From positions 30,132,001 through 30,196,000 of the forward strand of contig OX638158.1 of the NCBI GenBank assembly GCA_951804945.1: 64,000 nucleotides of DNA, written 5' to 3'. The notes beneath the pieces are model-generated. The model searched no databases, was not told where the DNA came from, and saw only the letters and a program-made list of their open reading frames with translations. The translations under genes and the position numbers were made by a program. The stretch's first letter is position 1. The number at the start of each line of letters is the position of its first letter. This document shows positions 37,539 to 50,177 of this stretch, one piece after another. The DNA is from Podarcis cretensis (taxonomy: Eukaryota).

Positions 37539-38320
37539 GCCTAGAAAAATCTACTGTTTTGTTTTCTCTCTAAAAGCATTAGGTTTTAGCTGCATTGTTG
37601 CCACTTCCTCCAACACTGGTCTGACAACATGGTTATCTTTTGCTCATGTGGTTAGGGCAAATTGCCTGGGAATATACCAAAGAAACAAAAACACAAACAT
37701 ACAAATCAAATTATGAGATCAAAGCCTAACTCTGCCCAAGTTTCAGCAGAGTATGCTAGATCTTGATATTTCAAACACGTGAGCTAAACCACACAACAAA
37801 GGCAAAAGAAACATATTCAAAAATGCAGTGCCAAAATCTAAGCAATGTTATATCTAAATGTCATGCTGTTTGCTGCCAATTTTGGGAAAACCCAGAATGC
37901 ACAATCTACACACAAGGTTTAAATGTAATCCTCCTCTGACATCCAGCAGCCGAGCACAAGTTAACTGCTGACACCAGGCTTTCAGGGAAGTGAAAGTGTA
38001 GTCTCACCATGAGCTGGCAGTCTCCAGAAATAGCTGTCAACCTTCTAGGACATGGGGAAGTTTATACAAAATCACTCCATTAATGTTATTGCACAGCAGG
38101 GAGGGGTACTGACTCTACCACTCTGAGGTTATGAGACATAGGAACCGGGTCTGTGCCAAGGGAGGGCAGTAAAGGAGACAAGGGTACAAGTTGAGGGGTG
38201 AGCCATGGAGGCAGCAGGTGGCCCTATCTTCCTGGCAGCCAAGCCTCAAACGGAGGAGCCCAAGGCTACAGACACTGCGTCCTAAAAGGCTACCTGAGCC
38301 AGGAGCAAAGACCGGTAACA

Positions 38321-38465
38321 AGGGCAGCTATGTTATGGCCCTCCAAGATGTTGTTGGACTCCAGTTTTCATCCATCTTAAGCCAACATGGCCAATGATCG
38401 GGGGGGGGGGGCTGACAGGAGTTGAGAGTCCTCTGACATATGGAGGGGCCACCAGTTTACCACTC
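38321..38465. mobile_element. hAT-type MITE copy (family A)
   Basis: tggccctccaagatgttgttggactcc...catggccaatgatc...ggagttg...tggaggggcc. Confidence 0.65.
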
Positions 38466-38931
38466 TGGACTATAGCAGGTCAGTATAAAGACTTTGTATA
38501 AGCAAAAGGCTTGCTGAGCATGCAAAAGTAAAGACTGAACAGGAAAGAGCTGCAGCTTGGAGTGCTGCCTTTAAGAGTCAGGGGAGGGTAAGGAAGGCTG
38601 GCTCTCCTGAGATTCCCTCAAACTCAAAGGAAGCACTCGTGGCTGACTAGATGAGACGTCATAATATGCAACTAGCAATCACATGAAGGGCTCTTTGAAG
38701 TAAATTTCAGCCACATCCAGACAGGGACTGTGACATTATTAGCAGGGCGCCCCACCTGCAGAGCCAACAGCCTCCTTTCCTTCCTCTTGCCCCTAAGCAA
38801 TTGGTACAATCAGGAAGGAGTCCAAGAGTCCCATGGGGCAAGGTGTGCTGAAGCTCAACAACTCTCCCTTACACATGCACTTATCAACTCTTTTCATGCA
38901 GGCCATGGCTGGTATACACAAGTATTTACAG

Positions 38932-39068
38932 CAGCCTTCCCCAACATGGTGGCCTCCAGATGTTTTGTACTACAACTCCCATTAGCCCCAGTCTACATGG
39001 CCAATGATCAGGGGTGATGTAAGTTGTAGTCCAACAACATGCAGAGGACACCAGGTTGGAAAAGGCTG
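38932..39068. mobile_element. hAT-type MITE copy (family A, CAGCC-TIR variant)
   Basis: TIRs cagccttccccaac ... gttggaaaaggctg; internal actacaactccc / agttgtagtcc. Confidence 0.8.
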
Positions 39069-39889
39069 ATCTATATCATTTTCTGGAAAAAAATATCCCA
39101 CTACTTCCAACAAGAAAACTACTTCAGACATTAGACATATCAAAGTACACAATGGGCAGTAGTTCAATCCTACAAAATGGATACATGCCAAGTTACAATT
39201 CTACTCTCCAAGACAATTGTGCTAAACCAGTCTCTCTCTCGCTAATGCTCATTTGAGCCAGTGTTATTTGCCACTGATATTACATAGCCACAGCAACCTC
39301 CTAAGCAATTATTTCCACCGCTAGAAATAATGATAAGATCAGCCTCTGTCTCAGGCCCAAGAGAAATGTGGGAGTGTGTGGAATGGAGAAATACAATTTC
39401 CTAGAATAGGAAAGGAGATAAAGATTGTTACCTATGTTCCTTGTGACTTGGATGTTGAAAGATGACACCCACAAGAGAATAGACAAAGGGTGAGCAGAGT
39501 GTTATGCCAGAGAGAGAGATGTCAATTTGAGTTTGCACTGAAAAGTTTCCATGTCCTGGTTCCATGGTAGTAATTTAGGCTTCAATGCTCCACACTATGT
39601 GGGCATTTTCATACTTACCTCTAACAAATGAGAACATTGTAGCGGGAATCGCTGTGTGAGATGGAAATTGAATTCATGGCTATGGGCACCTACCCATTCT
39701 ATGGTTCCCCCGTTTTTGCTCTCTATGCTCCATGGAATTCTTACTCCACCATCAAAATATATAACTGGAACATGTGCAAAATACAGAATTATACATTAAC
39801 TGCATTTTATTTTTTAGCAGAGAATTCTAGACCTTGAGAAGTGTAGTGGAGAATATCCATAAATCAGTAACCAGAGACACATTAAGTAC

Positions 39890-42800
39890 AATCTAGATTA
39901 TCTCTATATTTTTATTTGTCGTATTTGCTTTTTTCCGCAGAGCAGTATAACATCACAAAGATCAAAATAGAGACAATATCTTGTCTCTGAGCTCACATCA
40001 GTTATTACACAATAGGTACAAAACTAGGTAATTCTGTCTTATCATACAGCGTATATTTCCCCAGTCATTTATATACAAATAACTAAGCTACATGGAAAAA
40101 TAGTAAAAACAAAATTCCAGAGGGTATGTTACCTGGTAAAAAAACAAGGTTGGGGGAGGAAATAGAAGGCAAGGAAGGGAGCAGCGCTTAAGAGTATTCT
40201 GGTGGGGTTGATGTATATGAATGCATATTAAATGACTAGCCTCTAAGAATCCCTAATCAAGGGCCTACCCAACACAGAAGCTTCCAGGAGCAGTAGTTGG
40301 TGTTGTAGGGCTGCCAGCTTTTGAGTAGCTGCAGTTTATTGGGAGGCAGCAGGAGGGATAAGGCAGCAACAAGATCAGCATGGTGCAAATGCACCGGCAG
40401 AAGCACCAGATTGTCTCCACTGGTGTGTTTGCACAGTGCTGACCTCACTGTTGCCTCGTCCTTCCCCCTCCCAGTAAATAGGAGGTCAGGTAAGTAGCAC
40501 AGCCTCACTCTGCCAACTGCTACTGTCCCCCCAAAAGATGTTGCTGGACTCTCAATCATCCTTGACTATTGGCCATGCTGACTGGAGCTGTAGTCCAGCA
40601 ACAACTGGAGGGGGTGATGTTGGCTACCCCTGCCCTGATGGGAATGCAGGATCACTGCTGCACTGAGGGTCAAGTTCTTTGGGCCTATCACTTTCCAGTC
40701 TTGTGGGAGAGCAAAAACACCTTCCCTCTATTAACAGCTTAGCACTGATGCCTTTCCATGTCTCCACTTTGAAAAAAGCCACATAGCCTGAGACCTTTTG
40801 CTATTACTGGACCTTGAACATAGCTACTTGAAACTGCTACTCATAAGAAGCTCCAAGAATAACCAACTTCTATGCACAATATGTATTTATATATAGCTTA
40901 TGTTAAAAATTATTTTTTAAAAATATAGAATTTTTCCCAACAAGGAAATACCGGCAAGTCAGCAGCACAGACTTCAGCCACATCCTTCACCCAACCCATA
41001 CAAAAAGGGAACTGGCCGTGAAGATTCGTTACAAATATGTGTAAATGTGTGTTGGAAGTGGTTGGAGAGTTGGGAAGTAAATGAGTCCCATAAAAACAGG
41101 CAAGAGTAAACTATTATCTCCTTCTCCAAAATTAGAAGTAAAAAACAGCAAAACAAAATAGGGTAAAAGGTCATTTCAAAGGGCTCTTTAAAATCCATTC
41201 TGTTTCATGAGGAGGTATGTCATACTTCTGGACGAAGAAGTCCTACTGCAGGCACAAAGGGACAACTATTTTCTGGTGCAGGGACCTGACGCCAAAGCCA
41301 CAGCTGGTACAAGAGCAGCCCATTAGTCTCTTTTGCAATAAGAGCTGCATCACTGTGAAAGTGTGGTTGTGCTGCACTGGAAAGGGGAGAAACCAGAGCC
41401 CTCTCCTGTACCAGTTCTGCAAAGGCGGTGCACAGCAGCTCAACAACTGGCTACATCTAGCTCAAAAGAGGGTCAGAACGAGGGCTTACGAGCATGCTTC
41501 AGCTACGGTGGCACAACTCACTGCTACGGCTTAGTAATTGGAGTGTCAGTTACAAAGAACAGCTATGTGGGTCTGAGGGTTCCTTTTAAAGCAGCAACAG
41601 GATTTTAAAAGCCAACCCACAATAATATATTGCACACGTCTAACTCAAAGAGAGGGGTGGTTTTTTTATTTACAGAAACACATTGCTTTTTAAATATCTT
41701 CTCTTCTACTTCCTTCATCAGTCCCTCAGGCTATTTCAAGCAGGGGATATGAATGGAGCTGTTGTGCTTCAGCATCCCACCTCCTGTCCGGTTTCTTCTG
41801 GAACATACAGTGTGAGAGTGCAAACCGCAGCAGCACAACCATCCCTCTTCCTCCAAGAAGAGTAACCACAAGTTTTAGAAAACCTGCCTAGCCCCACACA
41901 AACACTCTTGTCTAACCAAGCACAGCTTGGATGAAGGATGCTGCTGCTGTCCTTGAGCTCTGCATTAACTACGATGTGATGCATGGGTGAGAGAGAATAT
42001 TAAGGCACAGAGAAAAGGAACAAAAGAGTCTAACCCCAGAGATCCTCATTTCAAGACTCTTCACAGGAGGGGTTAAAATCACCGTAAAAGAGCAGGTGTC
42101 CATTAACCACAGCAAGCTGTGGGAGAGACACATATAGCAGCGTAGACCAGAACAAGCCTTACTGGTAGTGAATGGGGAAGAGGAATCGAGAGAGGTGTCA
42201 GGAAAGGAAGAAGTCTAATGTTATTCCCCTTTTTTTGCGGGCAGTATTAATGCAGGCACAATTAACCACAACGGCAGCAGAGAAGTACAACACACTGCAA
42301 TTAATTCTATTGCCCTTTCCAGCTTTAAATCATCAAGCAAACCAAGGTATCTGGTAAATTCAGTGACCGATAGGCTTTTCAGCTTGTAAAAGGGGCCTTG
42401 TGATTCTCGCTTAGTGAACTTGTGCAAGTACAGGCCAGGCCTAGAGAGGTTAATGGAAAACCAATGCATTTTTTAAATCACTTGGACTGAAGGGAATGTA
42501 ATGGCAAGGTAACAAATGCGCATCACCGATATGTTTACATCTGCTGGCGAAACTGCAGCCAGTCCGGTACAAAAGCAAGGGAAGAGAAGGTGGAATGCTC
42601 ACCATCCCAGGCAAGCTCTATCCCACTGGCACTTAAAATTAACTATTAACAAAAGTAAAATATTGATGACAGCAAGAAGAACTGGTAATTTACAACACAT
42701 GTTCTGGAATTTTAAAACACACCAGGATGTAAATGCCTAAGGAGGAGGATAGATGTGATAAAGACATTTTAGTATTAGGAGTTGCAGAACTACTCCTCCA

Positions 42801-43880
42801 CAAGAGAAGTTACATAAGAGAATGAAAAGAATGATGTGTTCTGCCTCTTCGAGTGCAACTAGACATCACCCAACAGGTAGTTCCCAAGTGCCCACTCGAG
42901 AATCAGCCAGTGTGGTCCCCCACCCACAATGGATGAGGATGTGCAGCTTGACTCAACAACCTGACTGGAATGTACATCCTTATCCTATGTCCTGAACAAT
43001 TGTGTGTGACTCTCTGAACGGTGGAAATTAGCTTCTGGAAAAAATGTTTCCAAACATGGAGCAAATCCTATTTTCAGAAAATGCACTGTATTCTCTTCAA
43101 GTGTTGGGCAAGGAACCCATCAGAAAACCTACCTTCCACCTCAACAAGCATATTTCACTTAGGCTCACTGTTCCAATCCAGAAGGTGGTTTTTCTTCTTT
43201 TCCCTCTATCATACTTCTCCTACTCTAAAGCAGAAAACCAATCCCTTCTGAAGCACCCAATGCTGATCATTAGCAGAGGCAGAACATTAATGTGACTGTA
43301 TTACTATGGAATATACTGTGTCTAAGAGAATTCTGGTCACAAGCCAAAAGTTGGTCAAAAGTTAATACTGGGGCAACAGTTAGAGACAGGGTTCAATCTA
43401 TATACCAAATTAGGTCTAACAGGTATCTAGAAGTGCATTTTAGTAGTGCAGTTGGGGGAGGGGTTGTTTCTGCTACTTTCAGCCAGCCATATTTGAGACA
43501 ACTTAGGTAAATGGGTAAAGATACAGCCTCATTTTTTCAAGTTTCCCTTGTCTGACCCTTCTTCCATCTGCCTTCCCCATTAACAACAGCAGAAACCCAG
43601 CATACAGAAAGTGTGGTCCCAGATCTTTGTTGTATTCTATGCCAGGTGAATTTAGTGTTCCTTATTAAGTGAAATCTGCTCCAAGTTAAGCCTTTCAAAA
43701 AGAAACTAGGAAAAGACAGTCCAAACCACCTGCATTAGTCACAATGGTCCATGCTTACAATTGGCAACAGGAAGTGCCCATTCCTGACTTGAGCACCATA
43801 TTAAAAAAGGGATATGACCTGTGTTTCTGGTTCAATAAATAAAGGGAAAGTTCCAGGCTGGGCCATGCTTCATCATCTGC
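39890..43880 (-). other. Probable TMEM184B 3'UTR with candidate polyA signals at 41665-41670 and 39911-39916
   Basis: Follows the stop codon. Minus-strand AATAAA hexamers have U/GU-rich context, and there are AU-rich blocks at ~40870-40930 and ~39900-40090. The ends are inferred. Confidence 0.55.
40510..40632. mobile_element. hAT-type MITE copy (family A) inside probable TMEM184B 3'UTR
   Basis: agatgttgctggact...atcatccttgactattggccatgctg...ggagctgtagtccagcaaca...ctggaggg...gttggctacccctg. Confidence 0.7.
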
Positions 43881-44141
<261 letters not shown>

Positions 44142-45187
44142 TTAAGAATGACTGAGGATAGAAGTCTTCCTCTCCCCACCCCCAAATATCCCATTAATGT
44201 GAGCAAAAGCTGCTTGTGGTGCAACTTTTGGCAGTTAACGGACTGGTTACACCAGCCTGGAGGCATGCTAAAGCAAAATGAGTGACATACAACATGGTGG
44301 CAACTCTGGGGAGGCAGCAGGAGCAAGAGATCATCACCTAGGCTGCAATGGGCTGCTTTCAAGGATCAGGAAAGGTTACACAACAGAAAGGTGTAACTAG
44401 AGGGACAGAAAATCCGCTCAGGAGGAAAGGTAACTTATACTAAGTGGCTTGAGCAGCTCGTGGTCTGAAACAAGGGTAGGAGAAAGATAGCAAGAGAAAG
44501 GGAAAGAGGGACTTATGTCCAAAGTAGATCTTCAGTTTCTGCTGGCAATAGGAAGCAAAGATGGAAGTCAGATCAAAGTGGAAGTCACACTTTAGGGTAG
44601 GGAATGGAGAAGATCAGCCATTGCATACACCACATACCAGTGCAGAAACTGCTTCCAGATGTTCCTAACTCTGTCCCAGGAAGTAATCTGATTGTAACTG
44701 GTACCTACTTACTCCAATACTTTTACTTTTAAATTACTACAAAACATACAGTTTGGACAACGTATTGTGGATAACTTTTCTTTTAGCAGGGTGGGGGTGG
44801 ATGGGGGACAAAACACAAGTATACTAATGGCCTAGTCAACATATTGAAGACAATGAGTCAAATAACACCCCCCCCCCACACACACACCTGAGACCCTGGA
44901 GGCTTCTTTAAAGTTTCTATCACAGCAATTTCCTTCTGCTGAAGAGGCAAGTCCCTCCCGCTTTAAAAACAACTTGGCTCTTTAGTAACCAGAGCAGCTG
45001 AGACAAAAACTTCAAAGCCACCTCCCCTTTCATTCATGCTTCTCCTGAAGTACACATACGTGCATTTGTTATACCTAATGGTATGCACACAGGACAGATA
45101 ATGCAGGGAGCTGAAAAGAGTCACAGTAGCAAATAGCGTCTCAACAAAGAGACAGAGAAACAAATGAAGAGAGAGCATGTCACCTAC

Positions 45188-45211
45188 CATATGGCCCATA
45201 TGATGGAACAG
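45188..45211 (-). CDS. TMEM184B: TMEM184B 24-nt alternative microexon (adds AVPSYGPY)
   Basis: ggcgcAG|CTGTTCCATCATATGGGCCATATG|GTAGGT. Phase 1-1 and frame-preserving between the flanking exons. Long upstream pyrimidine tract. Confidence 0.82.
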
Positions 45212-45614
45212 CTGCGCCAGACACCAGAGCCCAAAGCAAGGGAAAGAGGAAAGAGGGGGGGAAACAAGAGAGGAAGATATGGGAAACAACAGTCTGAAAA
45301 GGCATGTTATTCTCAGGCTCTCCACCAGGAAATTACCACAATATTCATCTCTACAGCAAACCAAGTACAATTACTATTAAATACAAAATTTCAGAGGAGA
45401 CTGTCTGTAAAACTCTACTTGGTTCTCCCCTGCCAAATATCTACAAGTGGGTTTCCTAGTCTATTCCATCTCAACTATGCTCTGGACCTAGTCCCCTTCC
45501 CCTAGTCCAGACAGAACTGATACAGTAAACTTTGTTTACCATATCTAAGAAATGGCTCACCATCCCAAATTTTAGCATTAAGAGGAGGAGAAATGTATAG
45601 GAACATAATCACAG

Positions 45615-45770
45615 ACTTTGTGTGCAGAAGGTCCCAGATTCAATCCCTCTAGATAGGGCTGGGAAAGACCACAAACTCAAACTCTGGAGAGCTGCTGCCA
45701 GTCAGTGTAGACAGCACTGAGCTAGGTAGAAGAACAATCTGACTTGGCATAAGCCAGCCTCCTGTGTTCT
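45615..45770 (+). mobile_element. tRNA-derived SINE (Squam2-like)
   Basis: tgcagaaggtcccagattcaatccct...tagggctgggaaagac...ggagagctgctgccagtcagtgtagac...cataagccagcctcctgtgttct. Confidence 0.75.
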
Positions 45771-46062
45771 AAAACCATTCCTTCCAAAGGGAAAACTTTT
45801 TATGCGGAAATTATTTCTATTCTTGCATGCAGGGAAGCTCATAATAAATGCAGGGGAGTTCCTGTATAGCCATCGGAAGGACTCTCAAGAGAGTGTCTCC
45901 CATAATTCAATAGAAGATCGTCTTTCAGCCTGTGCAGCTAGGGAAAACCAAATCAGAAGACGACCAGTGTGCAAATGTGGCCAATGGGAAAACGGTGTTC
46001 AGTTGCCCAGCTGAGGAATTTATACTGTGAACAAGCTCAGCTGGGAAATCTCCCTTCTTTCA

Positions 46063-46332
<270 letters not shown>

Positions 46333-46771
46333 TCAGAACACTCTACAGAACAACGTACTGTAGGCCCAGAGATCAGTGTAGACAAGAAGCTCTCTGTTGC
46401 CACCTCCTTGTTTTAATCTTTCTTTGTTGCAACATTTTATCATTTTAATCAGATTTTGTTTGTATTTTTCTTTCTTACAGTAACCTGTTTGGAGAATATT
46501 TGTTGAAAAGCAGGTTACAAATTGCCCATCCAAATGATAATAATAAGTCTACACAGAGGACACTTGCCTAACTAACAGTGTAATACTTTAAGACAAAAGC
46601 AGAATGGCTAAGTATGGGTATTTCAGAATACACAATATAAATAATTTTCATTTCTCGTACAAGGCAGAATCTGCATTTCACCTACAGCGAAAAGGCAACA
46701 CTGATGAAAAGAATCCTAAACCAAATAGAAGAAAAATGTGTCATGTGTCATTAGGTTTTAATTGTCTCTCA

Positions 46772-47203
<432 letters not shown>

Positions 47204-47640
47204 TTAACAGGGAAAATGTATGCAAGCCGGCACATTTGTGGGAATCAACATGCACATGCTTTACCAAAGCTTTTCCTGTGACTGCAGAGGTCAGGGGGCC
47301 ATGTTAATAGGCTCTTATTTGTATTTTGTTTCCAACTTCCTCCTCCAGTGTTTTGTGGCAGCATACCATATATTTTGAATTTATACTCACAGCAATTCTG
47401 TGAAGGTGGCCCAAAGCAACTAGCTCAAGGTTTACCCTGGGAACTTTATAGACTCTGATTTCAAGGTTCTGAAGCCAAATCAATCCACCTTTTAGCAGCC
47501 ATGACATTACTGCATTCTCCCAGTTCTTATGATAGGTAAGTCCTTCCTTTTCAGTTAGACTCCTAGTCCCTCATAGGACTGTCAGATAAGTGTTTCGTGA
47601 CAAAGAAAACTCTATAATTTAGAAATAAACTATTTACTTA

Positions 47641-47820
<180 letters not shown>

Positions 47821-48350
47821 TCAGTCCCATTCATCTAACTGACCAAAAAAAAGCAGCACTTTCAACTTGGAATTATGACTGCCATTCTGCTTCTTGAACA
47901 GAGATGTTAATCTGCTCATTAATTAGCCATGTTCAGAGTAAAAATATGTTTAAACACAGACACCTTCTGTGTCTAAAAGCTGTCTAAGAGGCCACCCAAC
48001 CAAAGGCTGGGTGAATGGACATCTGTATGCAGACTGGACACAACTCTTATTTCTCCTTTTCGTATAATACTAAGGAAGCTGTTGGGGTTCTGAACTGATG
48101 CCTGAAAGTGGTAATAAACTGTAGGACACCCAAGCATATTGAAGCACAATCCAGACAAGACATATGTGCTCCTGGTTGGGAGTGAGAGGGACTCAGGGTG
48201 AAGCCATGGATAATGGTAACAAGAGTGGGGGTCACCTCAGTGGCTGCAGCAATATTGTGGCATACAGCCCAAGAATTGTGATGACCCTATCTCTGGTGGG
48301 TCAGTAAAGGCATTTTTAATTCCAAGACACTTTTCCCTAAGTATCTGCTG

Positions 48351-48417
48351 GAGGGAGGGAGGGAGGGGGAGGGGGAGAGGGAGAGGGAGAGGGAGAGGGA
48401 GAGAGAGAGAGAGAGAG
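48351..48417. repeat. GA-rich compound microsatellite
   Basis: (GGGA)n/(GAGAGG)n/(GA)n run. Confidence 0.9.
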
Positions 48418-48497
48418 TATTCTGCAGTCTGTGCCTTTGTTACATTTTTATTGTAGCATTTTAATGTATTTTTACTGGGTTGTGCCCAATTAAGTCC

Positions 48498-48574
48498 TAC
48501 TCAGAGTAGATCCATTGAAATCAGTGTACTTAAGTTAGTAAAGTCCACTGATTTCAATGGGTCTACTCTGAGTA
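48498..48574. repeat. Near-perfect 29-bp inverted repeat (short palindromic element)
   Basis: tactcagagtagatccattgaaatcagtg (48498-48526) versus cactgatttcaatgggtctactctgagta (48546-48574); one mismatch. Confidence 0.9.
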
Positions 48575-50154
48575 TGTCAGATACAACCTACTGTATTTTA
48601 AGCATATTTTCATTGTTTTGCATGATTGTGATTTTATACTTTTGTAAGCCACCCTGAACAGTATATAGGCACTAAAAATATGGGATATAAATCTCTAAAT
48701 AAATCTCTAAATAAATAAATAAATAAATGTATAATTGAAGCTCCCTCTTGGCAAAGGAAATGGCACATTTGCTTTCATAGGCAGATTGTGAGCTAGGCAT
48801 CATGTTCAGAGGAGGAAAAGCTAGTGGAAGATTCTGGGATTTCAGCAGGAATCTCCTGCTTTGTAGAAAGCACTCAAGCAGGAAGAACCAGCCTTGCAGT
48901 CATATGAAAGAGAAAGCCAAAAGAGGGGGAAAGATTGCTTGTGATAAGATGCTCTTGGGTGGTGACCATAAAACTTCAATGAGATTAAAAAATCCCAGCA
49001 CAATCCAGTTGATGAGTCACTGCTATGATGTGAACTGGAAAAGGTCAAGCTAATTGTTAAACTTGCTTCTAAGCTTCCTCTTCTCCATTCTGGGGGTTGT
49101 TTAATCATTTTCCTGCAGCCCAATCCCACAAACTTTTATTTTTAGACACTTCCTGGTGAAGAAAGTGTTAAGACATTACAGGGACAGCATGTGGGTGATG
49201 TGACCCAGACAGTTACTCTGTCACTGGGCAGAAGTCTAGGGGAGGACAAACAAATCATCAAAATGTGGTATGGCACTAGCCCTCTTCTGAATCATATCTC
49301 AAACACATTTAAGCTCCTGTCCAGTGGCCTGAGAATGTCACATTTGCCCCAGGCAAACGGAATGCTAGGAGTAGGAAATGTAGCTCCTTCTTCACTGGAG
49401 TGGAACATTGGGGAGAAGGGGAGAAAGTGTTCTCTGATCCAGTCAAACCTGTTGTTTCAACTGCAATTTTCAGAAAAACATTATGATGTGCAGATGATGA
49501 TGATGAATGAATTTATATACTGCCCTATACCCCGAAGTCTCAGGGCAGCTCACAGAAAATATTAGCAATCCCGATACACTTCTTTATTATCACCTCCACA
49601 GAATTCAGAAGAGACAGCCTCCTGGGTTGTAGATATGGACAAAAGAATTCCAAAACACTTGCTCTTGGATCTCTCAAGGACATACTGCTGTACATACACA
49701 AGCACTCTAACATCGACAGTGAAATTGCTCATGCTAAATGAAGTTCCAAAGTTAACATATTTTCACCATACACTCCCAATCCCAGGCCTGTAGCCAGAAA
49801 TATGATGGCGCCGGACAGAGACACCATTTACAAATCCTTCAAAATCTAAAATGCAGGCAGTCAACAACCATGTATCTAGACTGTGCTCTGTTTAATATAT
49901 TTTGTACTGCTTCCATTTAAAACATTATTTGATCCATAATATAATTTTAATATAAATAGGAATTCACACTAAAAATAAAATGAAATTGAAAATAGCAAAT
50001 ATCCAAGAGGTTGTCAGGTAGCACAATGCATTAGCATTCACTGGCCACGCTTCTGGAAGGGAGGAGAAGCTTTACTTCTTACTAAGCAATAGAGAATACA
50101 CTGCCTGCACATTTTCCCCTTGCATCTCCATGGGTAAACAAGACTAGATTATAC

Positions 50155-50177
50155 ATTCATTCATTCATTCATTCATT
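50155..50177. repeat. (TCAT)n microsatellite
   Basis: Direct observation. Confidence 0.9.

Noticed and set aside
44963-45505. 113-aa (+) and 135-aa (-) ORFs around the microexon
   Set aside because: They derive from purine/pyrimidine-skewed intron sequence and have no homology; only the 24-nt spliced unit fits the TMEM184B frame.
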